A program made the position numbers and the translations under genes. The notes beneath the pieces were generated by a model. The model saw only the letters and a program-made list of their open reading frames with translations. It was not told the DNA's origin and searched no databases. A stretch of 64,000 nt of DNA from the human T2T-CHM13v2.0 reference genome, Homo sapiens: NCBI RefSeq assembly GCF_009914755.1, contig NC_060928.1, one strand, 5' to 3'. Positions 1-17,767 of this stretch are shown piece after piece. Every line of letters begins with the position of its first letter. Positions within the stretch are counted from its first letter, which is position 1.

Positions 1-90
1 GCACCTGTTTTCAATATTCAAACACAACTTCCCGGGGCGAGGTGGGCGGGGTATTGGGGGGGTGGGGAAGAGAACGTGAACTTCACTGGG

Positions 91-103
91 TGAGTCACGT
101 GCA
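91..103. promoter_or_regulatory. Overlapping AP-1 (TGAGTCA) and USF/MiT-TFE E-box (GTCACGTG) motifs
   Basis: TGAGTCACGTGCA; motif match only. Confidence 0.4.
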
Positions 104-134
104 ACTGCGGAACATCTTGGCCGATACTGCCAAA

Positions 135-262
135 TTTTTTTTTTAATACTTTAAGTTCTAGGATACATGTGCACAACGTGCAGGTTTGTTACATATGTAT
201 ACATGTGCCATGTTGGTGTGCTGCACCCATTAACTTGTCATTTACATTAGGTATATCTATCT
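135..262 (-). mobile_element. Severely 5'-truncated L1PA 3' end (~125 bp)
   Basis: Poly-T followed by the reverse complement of the L1PA 3' terminus. TSD CGA(T/C)ACTGCCAAATTT at 122-137 and 263-278. Confidence 0.92.
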
Positions 263-279
263 CGACACTGCCAAATTTC

Positions 280-1230
280 AATCAAGATCGCGCCGCCGCC
301 CAACCCGAAAGGAGGCATCAGCCCTGCTCGCCGCTGGGACGTGACCCCAACGCTGAACTTGCCGCAGGGCGGCCTCAGGCCTGGAACTTCAAGAAAAAGG
401 GGCGGGTTTCCTTAGGAGAGGTCAGTGCGGGAGTTGGAGAAGTGGAGAATCTACTGCCGGCAGGAAGGCGAGGCTGCGCCACTGCGCGCACCTGTCCCTC
501 CTTCCCGGACCGAAGAGGGGACCCAGAGACGGCGCACCCGCGCTCACTGCGGCACGGAGGGGAGAAAATCCTTCCCCGTTCCTCGAGGGGCGTGTGGAAG
601 CCGCCTCTTGCCGCGCTCATCCCCGTCCCCACCCGTCCTCGCCCGGAGTATCGCACTCCCGGGGCCGCCCCAGCCCGCCCGCGGCGCCCTTACCTGGCTG
701 AAGCGCGGCTGCTGGGCGGACCTGGGGAGACTGCGAGGTGCAGTCTGCGCCGCGGAGTCCGGAGCCTAGCGCCCCAGAGTCCAGAGCAAAGCGCCCCGCC
801 CCGCCCTCTGATCTCCCCGTCCCGCCCCCAATCACCCCGCCCCGCCCCGATTGCTGGCCCCGTGGACGCCCTACCCCGCCTCTGATCCTGCAGGCCCGCC
901 CAGTCCTCGATCGCCCCGCCCCGGTCGCTTGGGCCCTGGGTGGCAGGTTTGCGCAGCCCTGCGGCGATTTCAAGGCAAGTGACCGGAATGGGTCGGAAGC
1001 GCGTCCCGGTGAGTTTCAGGGAGCGTCCCTTAGGTTTCCGGGGGCGGCGTTGAACCTCCCTAGCCCCAGTCTTCCCATCCCAGGAGACCCGCCCCTAGTG
1101 GCTCGAACGCCCCTAGCCAGGAGAGCCCCGAGTAGTGCCACTTGTGGAAGACTACGTGCCTGTCGGAATTAGGAACCGCACCTCCCCTTCCGCTAAGCGG
1201 TGGGAGGCCAGGCGGGTGACGCGGGGCAGT
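280..1230. promoter_or_regulatory. CpG island / TATA-less promoter with clustered GC boxes (Sp/KLF), a CCAAT and ETS-like CGGAA motifs
   Basis: Very GC- and CpG-rich. Repeated CCCCGCCC at ~794-922, CCAAT at ~828-832, and CCGGAA/TCGGAAG at ~983-999. Confidence 0.9.
694..790 (-). other. TEC: Non-coding first exon (5' UTR) of a minus-strand gene, probably TEC kinase; intron 1 runs left out of the window; TSS approximate
   Basis: Consensus donor CAG|GTAAGG (plus strand CCTTACCTG, intron starts at 693) just downstream of the GC boxes. No ATG in the exon. The sequence ...CCCAGCAGCCGCGCTTCAGCCAG matches my recollection of the TEC mRNA leader (not database-verified). Confidence 0.7.
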
Positions 1231-1369
1231 GGAGCCATGCAGCCTGTTTTACCAAAAGAGTAAGTGGTTTTCCTGTGAAACCCGAGGGGGCAGTGCATAT
1301 CTGATACACTTAGAGGGTCACGTGCACTATTAATGTGTTAACATTAAACTCACTGAAGAGTAGAAAACA

Positions 1370-1590
1370 CATGTAAGACTTAACTGTGTGCCAGGCACTG
1401 TTCTAGGTACTTCACATGTACTAAAAGTTCTCTGAAGCGTATATTATCAGAATCCCCCTTTTCACATACGGTGCAAGTGAGGCAGAGAGAAGCTAAATAA
1501 CTTGCCTAATGTCACCCAACTAGTAAATTGAGAAGCTGGGTTGAGAAGCTGGGCTTCAAATCCAGGTCTTCCTCCTCTGGAGTCTCCACT
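1370..1590 (-). mobile_element. MIR
   Basis: TGTGCCAGGCACTGTTCTAGG...GAGGCAGAGAG...AACTTGCCTAATGTCAC resembles the reverse MIR core. Confidence 0.75.
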
Positions 1591-1729
1591 GTTATTCACG
1601 GCTATCCTGAATCAGCAAAATCTGTGTGCATCCTATACCAGGAACTGTTCCCATGCCTGGGGAAGATGAGGCAAGGGCTCTGCCATTAGGAAACTTTTAT
1701 TCTACTGTAGGAGAAAGACAATAAGTGAT

Positions 1730-2182
1730 TGTCGACTAAAATTTAAAAATCAAGCTGTTAAAGAATGAAAGTTAGTTTTATTCAGAAGTCTTACTGAGGA
1801 CTAGAGATGGAGGCCTACAGCCCTGGAGGAGTCTTTTAGAGAGATTCAAGCAGATCCCTCCAACACAGAACTTCCCTTCTCAATTTAGAAACAGTTGGTG
1901 AAGATTCAGTATGTGTAAAAGCACATCACAGTTTGGGCTTAAGAGTACATCTGTTTATAGATTACAGAAGCATAATCACTAACCTCATCAGACTTTATCT
2001 TAGGTGCAGTAAAAGGCAAGGGCTCAGGCAAGAGACGTGGGGGATCCTGTGTTCTATCTCGTTTTGTCTTCAAAGCATCTTTCCGCCAGCTGCAGGTGGT
2101 CACAGAGTCAGGGGCTGTGTGAAATTATGCTGACAAGCAGAAATGAGCAAGCATGGCTTCTTAACGTTTGTTACTTGTCTCA
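1730..2182. mobile_element. Probable solo LTR (ERV1/MER4-group-like) interrupting an L2 fragment
   Basis: TG...CA termini and a GTTTTATTC...TTACTGAGGACTA motif; subfamily uncertain. Confidence 0.45.
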
Positions 2183-2512
2183 CATGATCAACAGGCAAGC
2201 AAAAAATTAAACCACTTCGTAAGTGAGGTGTCTTGACTAAAATAAAGCAGGGTGATGGAATTGAGAGTGAAAGGGAGAGGGAGGCTACTTTAGATATGAT
2301 GTTACTGGAGGCTTCTCTGGGGTAACAGTGGAGCTGAGACCTGAATGATAGGACAGACGGCCAACCCAAGGCTGAAGCTAAGGGAATGGCAAGTGCTTTG
2401 ATACTTATCACACCTCATGCTTGCTTGGGACTTAAAAGTAGTGCCTTCCTATATCATTTCTCCTTTGATCACTGTAATAACCCTGAGAAGTCTAACAAGA
2501 TTCCATTTAATA

Positions 2513-2899
2513 CAGTGGTCCCCAACCTTTTTGGCACCAGGGACTGGTTTTATGGAAGATAATTTTTCCATGGACAGGTGTCAGGAAGAGATGGTTTGAG
2601 GATGAAACTGTTCCACCTTAGATCATCAGGCATTAGATTCTCGTAACGCGTACACCACCTAGATCCCTCGCATGCACAGTTCACACTAGGGTTTGCACTC
2701 CTGAGAGAATCTAAGGCCAAGGCTGATCTGACAGGAGGCGGAGCTCAGCCGTAATGCAGGCAATGGGGAGTGGCTGTAAATACAGATGAAGCTTTGCTCC
2801 CTTGCCCACCGCTCAACCGCTTACCTCCTGCTATGCGGCCAGGTTCCTAACAGACCTCAGACCGGTACTGGTCCACAGCCTGCGGGTTGGGGAACCCTG
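2513..2899 (-). mobile_element. MER1B (hAT-Charlie DNA transposon) inserted in a MIR
   Basis: TIRs CAGTGGTCCCCAACC / GGTTGGGGAACCCTG; 8-bp TSD ATTTAATA/ATTTAACA. Confidence 0.88.
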
Positions 2900-4414
2900 A
2901 TTTAACAGGGAAAACAATAACAGCAACAACAACTGAGGGTCAGAGAGGTTTCAATGACTTTCCAAAAGTCAGACAACTATCTAGGAAAAGGGGAGATGGG
3001 AAGAGGGCACAGATTTGGACCAAGGCCTTCTGATTACAAATCCTCTCTCCAGTGAGGACTTTGAGTATAATGACTAGTACTTTGAATGAATCTAGTAAAA
3101 TTTCTTTTTTATGATCTACTCTCTCCTCCCTACCCGAGTCTCTCCTGCCTCTTGTCCCATTCAGGTACTTGTTTTGGCTAGTTAACGTAATTTCCCCTAG
3201 CACAGATGTACTTTGAGGGGACAGGACCATAAACCATCTGAAACTCTATGCAAAAAAACTGTGTTGGGGGGCAGGAAAGAGAGTTATAGATATATAATTA
3301 TAGTAATACAGTTAATTTTCTCCCAAGAAAAATGCTTATGTACGTATATTTTTAAGTGAGAGGACTTAGAACTTTTATCATATTGACTGATCCCAAAAAG
3401 GTAAGAGCTACTGCCTTAAGGAATTAACTGATATTATGATGGTTAGAAGAACCAGTTTCCAATTCGCCTTGCCTGTTCTTGGTAGGTGATGGTAGCTCAT
3501 ATTCTTGACAATGGTAATGAGGATCTCAATGTTTATGAAGTTTGAAAAGGCAGAAAACCCAGACCCTTACATAATTTCTTCATAAAGTTTAAATTAAAAG
3601 AGAGAAAAGTGTCTGTATTGTCCCTACTAACTCTCAGAAAAGCCAAAGAGAACAGATCTGTAAATAAAACACCTAGATCCAACATAATTCTTAATAGTTG
3701 GGGTAATTTTCATAAAGTTATAGTTTTCTAAATAAGACATTTGTTACACTATCAATCATACAGTTTAAGTAGGCAATTGCCACAGGTATACCATCCATAG
3801 ATCACATAATAGAGAACAATGGCAATTTTTTTCAGCAAGGTGTTGAGAAAGAGACAGAGAGACAGACAAAAAAAAGAGGCCATTAGGGAACTTCAACTAC
3901 ATTAAGGAAAAGGTGTAAAAACTGAACTCAGAATGTGGTGGGATTAATAAAAAAGATTTAGTCTTTCTTTAATTTTTATTTTTTAGGTGAAAACAGAATA
4001 CTACATTTGGGCCTGTATAATTCAAACTTTTACATTCGTCCCTAGTCAAAAGAAGGAATCTAGTAGTTGACTTAAAAAGATTTCTCCCCCTGCCTCCAAA
4101 AAGAAGACTCAAACAATATTAGTAAAACCATCTTTATTTTAAGAAAATCAAGATACAGAGAAAAAGGTATTAATATAAACTTCTTGGGAGACAAGACTCT
4201 CCCTTCTTACAAGATATCGCTATGGCTTCCATAAAGTTTATTTGTTTAGATGATCAGTATCAGGTTGACATAATTTCAGTTCCTTGAGAGACGAAAATGC
4301 CTCTTTTTAACTTACATGTAGATTCCACATGGTACAGAAGAAGACATGCAGAATCAACCTGGAAGGTTTGCAAAAATATATGTGTGTATATATTTGTATT
4401 TATAGCTTCTTGCC

Positions 4415-4710
4415 TTTTTTTTTTTTTTCTGAGACAGAGTCTTGTTCTGTTGCCCAGGCTGGAGTGCAGTGGCACAATCTCGGCTAACTGAAACCTCTGC
4501 CTCCTGGGTTCAAGCAATTCTCCTGCCTCAGCCTCCTGAGTAGCTGGGATTACAGGTGCCTGCCACCACGCCTGGCTAATTTTTGTATTTTTAGTAGAGA
4601 TGGGGTTTTACCATGTTGACCAGGCTGGTCTTGAACTCCTGACCTTGTGATCCGCCCGCCTCAGCCTCCCAAAGTGCTGAGATTACAGGCATGAGCCAGC
4701 ATGCCCGGCC
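4415..4710 (-). mobile_element. AluS (Sg-like)
   Basis: Full dimer with poly-T; TSD AGCTTCTTGC. Confidence 0.95.
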
Positions 4711-5192
4711 AGCTTCTTGCATTCTTTTGTGCAAGTCACTGGTTTTATTTTGTAACCATCTTCCTACTGAAAAGGAAACTGGCCCATCATAGATAATTAA
4801 TACATTTGTTGATGAATAAATGATGATGACAATGACGATAATGCAGACCTTATCAGTCTTCCATGGAGAGTCTGTTCCTACATGAAGATGACTTCATTGT
4901 GATCCTATGATATGTCTGCTTCTCCTTCCATCATGTGCTGAAAGTAGTTGCTTCTTTAGAACTATTGCATAGAAGGAAGGAGTTTCAAATATTGGACACA
5001 GAATCAATAATCATATTTCTGGGAAGAGATGCTAAATAAATAATTCAAAAGAAATAAAAAGCATCATATGCAAAGTATATTTATAAGATCATCATTATAA
5101 TAATAAAATAAATGTCCAATAATAAGGAAATGTTTAAGTAAAATATATTAACAGTATGGAATGTCAAGCTGTCATTTAAAATTACCTATGTT

Positions 5193-5508
<316 letters not shown>

Positions 5509-5659
5509 AAGATTACCTATGTTAATGAAAAAGAGATAGGAAATAAAACTTATGAACAAGATTATATTTTTAAAAGTAGAACACAATGCTTTGAGTACCT
5601 GTAATTGCAACTAAATACAAATTATGTGGAGGAAAACTGAAAAGTAAGAATTATGATTA

Positions 5660-5880
5660 ACAGTTATTGAGGGGATGTGCCAGCATCCTTTCTAAGCATA
5701 TTAGATTAATTCATTTAATTCTCACAGCTGTGTGAGGTGGACTATTGTTATCTTCATTTTACAGATGAAGAAACAAAGGCAGAGAAGGTCTAAGTAATAG
5801 CCCAAAATCATAGTTATTGAGTGGCAAAGCCCAGATGTGAACATAAAACAGTATAACTCCAGGGTTTACATTTTTAACCT
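5660..5880 (-). mobile_element. MIR
   Basis: CATTTTACAGATGAAGAAAC...AAGTAATAGCCCAAAATCA core. Confidence 0.75.
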
Positions 5881-6401
5881 TTCAAAGCTGCCAAAGGGAA
5901 TGATCTTTGAATCATGAATGATGTTTATACATATATTTCTTGTATAATGTTTTTATGTTGGTTTGATAGTAATTGAAAATTTTTTCGATGTTAGAGCCAG
6001 AAAAGAAGATGTAGAAGTAAAACCAGATTGTGCTTAGCAAAAGAGACAGAGAGTTTCAAAGGGGTCCATTATCTCAACAGTTTGATAGTTTATAAAAGCT
6101 GAGTTGTTCTGTCACAATAAAATGATATATTGAGTATTATTCCTATAAATAAAAAGAGTTCTCTGGCCTGAGGGCTTGAACAGGCTGTTTCCTCTGCCTG
6201 GAGTGCTCTATCTCCAGATCTTTTTGAAGTTACCTCCTTTGCGAGGGTGGCAGCCATGAAAATGCACCCATCACTACGATAGGAGACTGAGAAAACATTG
6301 GTGAACAAACCAGACAAAACTCCCTGTTGTAGGGGAGCTTACATTCTGGTGGAAGGTCAATCATTCAGAATTTGATTTAGCTGCAAGTAACAGCACCCCC
6401 T

Positions 6402-6889
6402 TATGGTAGGCTGAATAAGGCCCTCCCAGTGATGTCCATGTCTTAATTCCCTAGAACCTGTGAGTATAACTTATGCTGCAAAACGGTCTTTGTAGATGGG
6501 ATGAAGTGAAGGATCTTGAAATGAGATTATTCTGCACTATCTAGGTGAGCCCAATGTAGTTACAAGGGTCCTTATATGAGGGAGAAGGCAGGGTATAATG
6601 AGATAAGTAGAGGTCAGAGTAAGAGAGAGATTAGAAGATGCTACACTGCTGGCTTTGAAGATGAAGGAAGAGACCACGAGCCAAAGAAAGCAGAAAGCTT
6701 CTAAAAGCTGGTGAAGGCAAGAAAACAGATTCTCTCCTAGAGCCTCCAAAAGAAACCAGACACCTAGATTTCACCCCAGTGAAACTGATTTTGGACTCTG
6801 ACCCCCAGAACAGTAAGAGAATACATTTGTATTGTTGTAAGGCAATAAATTTGTGGCAATGTATTACAGCAGCAATAGGAAACTAACAA
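6402..6889 (+). mobile_element. MLT1 (MLT1D-like) MaLR LTR
   Basis: Starts TATGGTAGGCTGAATAAGGCC and ends ACAGCAGCAATAGGAAACTAA. Confidence 0.8.
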
Positions 6890-7884
6890 GAGCCTTCAAT
6901 AGAGAGCATCAGGGTCAGGCTGGCATGATGTTCCATAGTGTCAGGGGCCCAGCTCCTTCTGTCTTTTTGTGTAGGTGGAAGAACCTGGAGGGAAGTACGA
7001 ACAATTCCAGGGACTCATGATGTGAGTGTGCAGCCATGCATTCACTCATGTGGGTATTTCTCAAACCTGAATCAAGTAGGAAGCCCTTTTAAACAAACAT
7101 TTTCATTTTAATTCACTTAAATATATAAATATAAAGCTACTTATTTATTCTTTATGTGTCTAGCATTTTATACATACTTAAAGCCAAAATAAGTTTTCAA
7201 AATAAATTCAAGCAAGATTACGAAACCAGTTATTGAGACCACACACACCCCTACCCCATGTTTTCACCAAAGGCCACACAGAGAATAGTAACAAGACATT
7301 CCTATTCCTCCCAGTCAGGGAGGTACCAGTGGAGGCCTAACTTCTTGTATCCATTCATTGGGATGGAACTCCCAACCGCATCCAGCAGTAATCAAGAGCA
7401 CCCCACCCCCAAGTGTCAATGGAAGAATAGTGGGAAACCTGGATTTTTACCCCTACCTGGCTGTAGATAGAGGAGATGACCTGCATGCCCTCCTTCCCCT
7501 GCCAAGACAGTGTCAGAAGAAGCCAGCTAAAACAAAAAGCGTAAATAAAATCCAGAATCTAAAAACAGAATACGCCAAATTTTCTGGTTTTAATTGAAAA
7601 TAACTCACTATACCAAGAAACAGGGAGATCTCAAACTGAATGAAAAAGATAATCAGTAGATGCCAACACCAAGATGACAGGGATATTAGAATTATCTGGC
7701 AAAGATTTTAAATCATCATCATAAAACTGCTTCAATGAACAATTAGAAACATGCTTGAAACAAATGAAGTAAATAGTCTCTGCAAAGAAATTGAAAGTTT
7801 GAGTGAAGAAATAGAAAGTAAAAAAAGACCAAATGGAAATTTTGTAAGTGAAAGTACAATAACTACAATTAAAAACTCTGTTCA

Positions 7885-8325
<441 letters not shown>

Positions 8326-8728
8326 CTACCATTTGTGTCTTCAGAGTCTCAGAGGAAGAGGACAGGGCTGGAAAAAGTACTCAAAGAAATAATGGCTGAA
8401 AACTCTTCATATTTGGCAAAAGACATAAACCTATACACTAGGAAGTTGAGTTACCCTCACACCGGATAAACACAAAGAAATCCACACTGAGACACATCAT
8501 AGTCAAACTTCTTAACACTAAAGATAAAGAAAAAATCTTGAAAGCAGCAAGAGAGACATAACACCTTACCAATAGGGAAAAAAACAATTTGAACGACAGC
8601 ATATTTCTCATCAGGAAATACAAGAAGGAAGTGGCAGGGAATTTTTTGAATGCTGAAATAAAATAACTGTCAGCCAGCCTAGAATCCTATATCTAGTGAA
8701 AATATCCCTCAACAATTAAGGGAAATTC

Positions 8729-9024
8729 AGCTGGGCACAGTGGCTCATGCCTGTAATCCCAGCACCTTGGGAGGCCAAGTTGGGTGGATCACTTGAGGTC
8801 GGGAGTTTGAGACCAGCCTGACCAACAAGGTGAAACCCCATCTCTAGTAAAAAATACAAAAATTAGCCGGGCGTGGTGATGGGCACCTGTAATCCAAGCT
8901 AATCGGGAGGCTGAGGCAGGAGAATTTCTTCAACCCAGGAGGTGGAGGTTGCAGTGAGCTGAGATCACACCATTACAATCCAGCCTGGGCAACAAAAGCA
9001 AAAATTCTGTCTCTAAATAAATAA
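8729..9024 (+). mobile_element. AluS (Sq/Sp-like)
   Basis: Full dimer. Confidence 0.93.
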
Positions 9025-9258
9025 AGAGAAACTCGAGACTTTCTCAGATAAAAGAAAATGAAGACAACTTATCATTAGCTGATCTACCCAAAAAGAATGG
9101 TGAAAGGAGGTTCTCTAAACAGGAAGAAATCAATAAAAGATGGAATCTTGAAAGGAAAGAAGGAAAAACACAGTAAACAATAATACAGATAAATAGAGTA
9201 AATATTCATTTTCCTCTGCCTTTTGTAAATTATAATGGATAATTGAAGCAAAAATTTA

Positions 9259-9438
<180 letters not shown>

Positions 9439-9496
9439 CTAAAAGTATGCAAAGAAAATATTTAGGATATTTATAAATGGAGGAGGGTAAATTTTA

Positions 9497-9810
<314 letters not shown>

Positions 9811-9892
9811 TTAGCTCTTTTATAGGGAGCTAAAATTTCCATATTTCCCTCAGATGGAAAAATGATAACACCAGTAGAAGTTTTAATAGTGT

Positions 9893-10190
9893 GGCCGGGC
9901 ACAGTGGATCATGCCTGTAATCCCAGCATTTTGGGAGGCCGAGGTGGGTGGATCACCTGAGGTCAGGAGTTTGAGACCAGCCTGGCCAACATGGCAAAGC
10001 TCTGTCTCTACAAAAATACAAAAAAATAGCCAGGTGTAGTGGCACACGCCTGTAATCCCAGCTACTCAGGAGGCTGAGGCAGAAAAATCACTTGAACCTG
10101 GGAGACAGAGGTTGCAATGAGCCAAGATCATGCCACTGCACTCTAGCCTTGGAGACAGAGTGAGACTCCATCTCAAAAAAAAAAAAAAAG
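9893..10190 (+). mobile_element. AluSx/Sz-like
   Basis: Full dimer; TSD AAGTTTTAATAGTGT. Confidence 0.95.
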
Positions 10191-10969
10191 AAAGTTTTAA
10201 TAGTGTAAAACAAATCATTTAAAAAGCTACACAAAGAGATATACTCAGAAGCACTATAGATAAACCAAAGTGGAATTTGAAAAGCATCCCCATCTCAACA
10301 ACTGATAGAACAAGTAAACAGAAAACTAGCAAGGGTACTCAACAATACCACCAATCAACAGGATCTGACTGACATTTACGGAACACTCCACCTAACAGCA
10401 GGATACACATTCTTTTCAAGTATCCACAGAATATTATATACCAAGCTAGACCTATACTAGGTCATAAACCACAACAAATTTAAAATCACTGAAATCATAT
10501 ACATTGTGTCCTCTGATCACAGTGAAATCAAACCAGAAATCAAAAATGGAAGGATAGGTGGCTGGCAAGATGGTTGAATAGGAACAGCTCCGGTCTGCAG
10601 TTCCCAGTGAGATCAACACAGAAGGTGGGTGATTTCTGCATTTCCAACTGAGGTACCCAACTTATCTCACTGGGGCTGGTTAGACAGTGTGTGCAGCCCA
10701 CAGAGGGTGAGCTGAAGCAAGGTGGAATGGTGCATCATCTAGAAGCACAAGGAGTTGGGGAACTCCCTCCCCTAGCCAAGGGAAGCCGTAAGGGACTGTG
10801 CCATGGGGTATGGTGCACTCTGGCCCAGATACTATGTTTTTCCCACAGTCTTCACAACCCACAGACGAGGAGATTCCCTAGGTTGCCTACAACACCAGGG
10901 CCCAGGGTTTCAAGCACAAATCTGGGTGGCCATTTAGGCAGACACCAAGCTAGTTGCAGGAGTGTTTTT

Positions 10970-11188
10970 TCATACCCTGGTGGCATCTGGAATGCCAGCG
11001 AGACAGAACTGTTCACTCCCCTGGAAAGGGGGCTGAAGCCAGGGAGCCAAGTGGTCTAGCTCTGTGGATCCCACCCCCACAGAACCCAGCAAGCTAAGAT
11101 CCACTGGCTTGAAATTCTCGCTGCCAGCACAGCAGTCTGAAGTCGACCTGGGATGCTCGACCTTGGTGGGGGAAGGGGCGTCTGCCAT
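10970..11188 (-). CDS. Open L1 ORF0-like antisense ORF, 72 aa (MADAPSPTKVEHPRSTSDCCAGS...); expression unknown
   Basis: Same position and orientation as primate L1 ORF0. Shares MAxAPxP, SDCCA and SVGVG with it. Strong Kozak context GTAATGG; TGA at 10972-10970. Confidence 0.45.
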   Translation of the reverse strand: MADAPSPTKVEHPRSTSDCCAGSENFKPVDLSLLGSVGVGSTELDHLAPWLQPPFQGSEQFCLAGIPDATRV

Positions 11189-11896
11189 TACTGAGGCTTG
11201 AGTAGGTGGTTTTCCCCTCACAGTGTAAACAAAGCCACCGGGAAGTCTAAACTGGGCAGAGCCCACTATAGCTCAGCAAAGCCGCTGTAGCCAGGCTGAC
11301 TCTCTAGATTCCTCCTCTCTGGGCAGGGCATCTCTGAAAGAAAGGCAGCAGCCCCAGTCAGGGGCTTATAGATAAAACACCCATCTCCCTGGGACAGAGC
11401 ACCTGGAGGAAGGTGTGGCTGTGGGCACAGCTTCAGCAGACTTAAACATTCCTGCCTGCTGGCTCTGAAGAGAGCAGTGGATCTCCCACCACAGCGCTTG
11501 AGCTCTGCTAAGGGACAGACTGCCTCCTCAGGTAGGTTCCTGACCCCCAAGCCTCCTGACTGGGAGACACCTCCCAGCAGGGGTCGACAGACACCTCATA
11601 CAGGAAAGCTCTGGCTGGCATCTGGTGGGTGTCCCTCTGGGACAGAGCTTCCAGAGGAAGAAACAGGCAGCAATCTTTGCTGTTCTGCAGCCTCTGCTGG
11701 TGATACCCAGGCAAACACGATCTGGAGTGGACCTCCAGCAAACTGCAGCAGACCTGCAGCAGAGAGGCCTGACTGTTAGAAGGAAAACTAACAAACGGAA
11801 AGGAATAGCATCAACATTAACAAAAAGGGTGTCCACACAGAAACCCCATCTGAAGGTCACCAACATCAAAGACCAAAGGTAGATAAATCCACAAAG

Positions 11897-12920
11897 ATGA
11901 GGAAAAATCAACACAAAAAGGCTGAAAATTCCAAAAACCAGAATGCCTTTTCTTCTCCAAAGGATCACAACTCCCTGCCAGCAAAGGAACAAAACTGGAT
12001 GGAGAGTGAGTTTTACAAATTGACAGAACGAGGCTTCAGAAGGTGGGTAATAAGAAACTCCTCTGAGCTAAACAAGCATGTTCTAACCCAATGCAAGGAA
12101 GCTAAGAACCTTGAAAAAAGGTTAGAGGAATTGCTAACTAGAATAACCAGTTTAGAGAAGGACATAAATAACCTGATGGAGCTGAAAAACACAGCATGAG
12201 AACTTTGTGAAGCATACACAAGTATCCATAGCTGAATTGATCAAGCAGAAGAAAGGATATCAGAGATTGAGTATCAACTTAATGAAATAAAGCATGAAGT
12301 CAAGATTAGAGAAAAAAAAAATGAAATGGAATGAACAAAGCCTCCAAGAAATATAGGACTATGTGAAAAGAGCAAACCTCCGTTTGATTGGTGTACCTGA
12401 AAGTGACGGGGAGAATGGAACCAAGTTGGAAAACACTCTTCAGGATATTAACCAGGAGAACTTCCCCAACCTAGCAAGACAGGCCAACATTCAAATTCAG
12501 GAAACACAGATAATACCACAAAGATACTCCTCGAGAAGAGCAACCCTAAGACACATAATCATCAGATTCACCAAGGTTGAAATGAAGGAAAAAAATGTTA
12601 AGGGCAGCCAGAGAGAAAGGTCGGGTTACCCACAAAGGAAGCCCATCAGACTAACAGTGGATCTCTCAGCACAAAACTTACAAGCCAGAAGAGAGTGGGG
12701 ACCAATATTCAACATTCCTAAATAAAAGAATTTTCAACCCAGAATTTCATATCCAGCCAAAACAAACTAAGCTTCATAAGCAAAGGAGAAAATTACAGAC
12801 AAGCAAATGCTGAGAGATTTTGTCACCACCAGGCCTGCCTTACAAGAGCTACTGAAGGAAGCACTAAACATGGAAAGGAAAAACTGGTACCAGCCACTGC
12901 AAAAACATATCAAATTGTAA
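11897..12920 (+). pseudogene. L1 ORF1p remnant
   Basis: MRKNQHKKAENSKNQ... and NLRLIGVPESDGENGTKLENTLQD. Premature TGA at 12197-12199 plus frameshifts. Confidence 0.9.
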
Positions 12921-12983
12921 AGACTATCAACGCTGTGAAGAAACTGCATCAACTAACAGGCAAAATAACCAGCTAGCATCATA

Positions 12984-17767
<4,784 letters not shown>

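Noticed and set aside
169-1172. Overlapping 93-238 aa ORFs across the CpG island
   Set aside because: Expected in stop-poor GC-rich DNA. Mostly non-ATG starts, one begins inside the L1 fragment, low-complexity Pro/Arg/Gly content and no recognisable domain.
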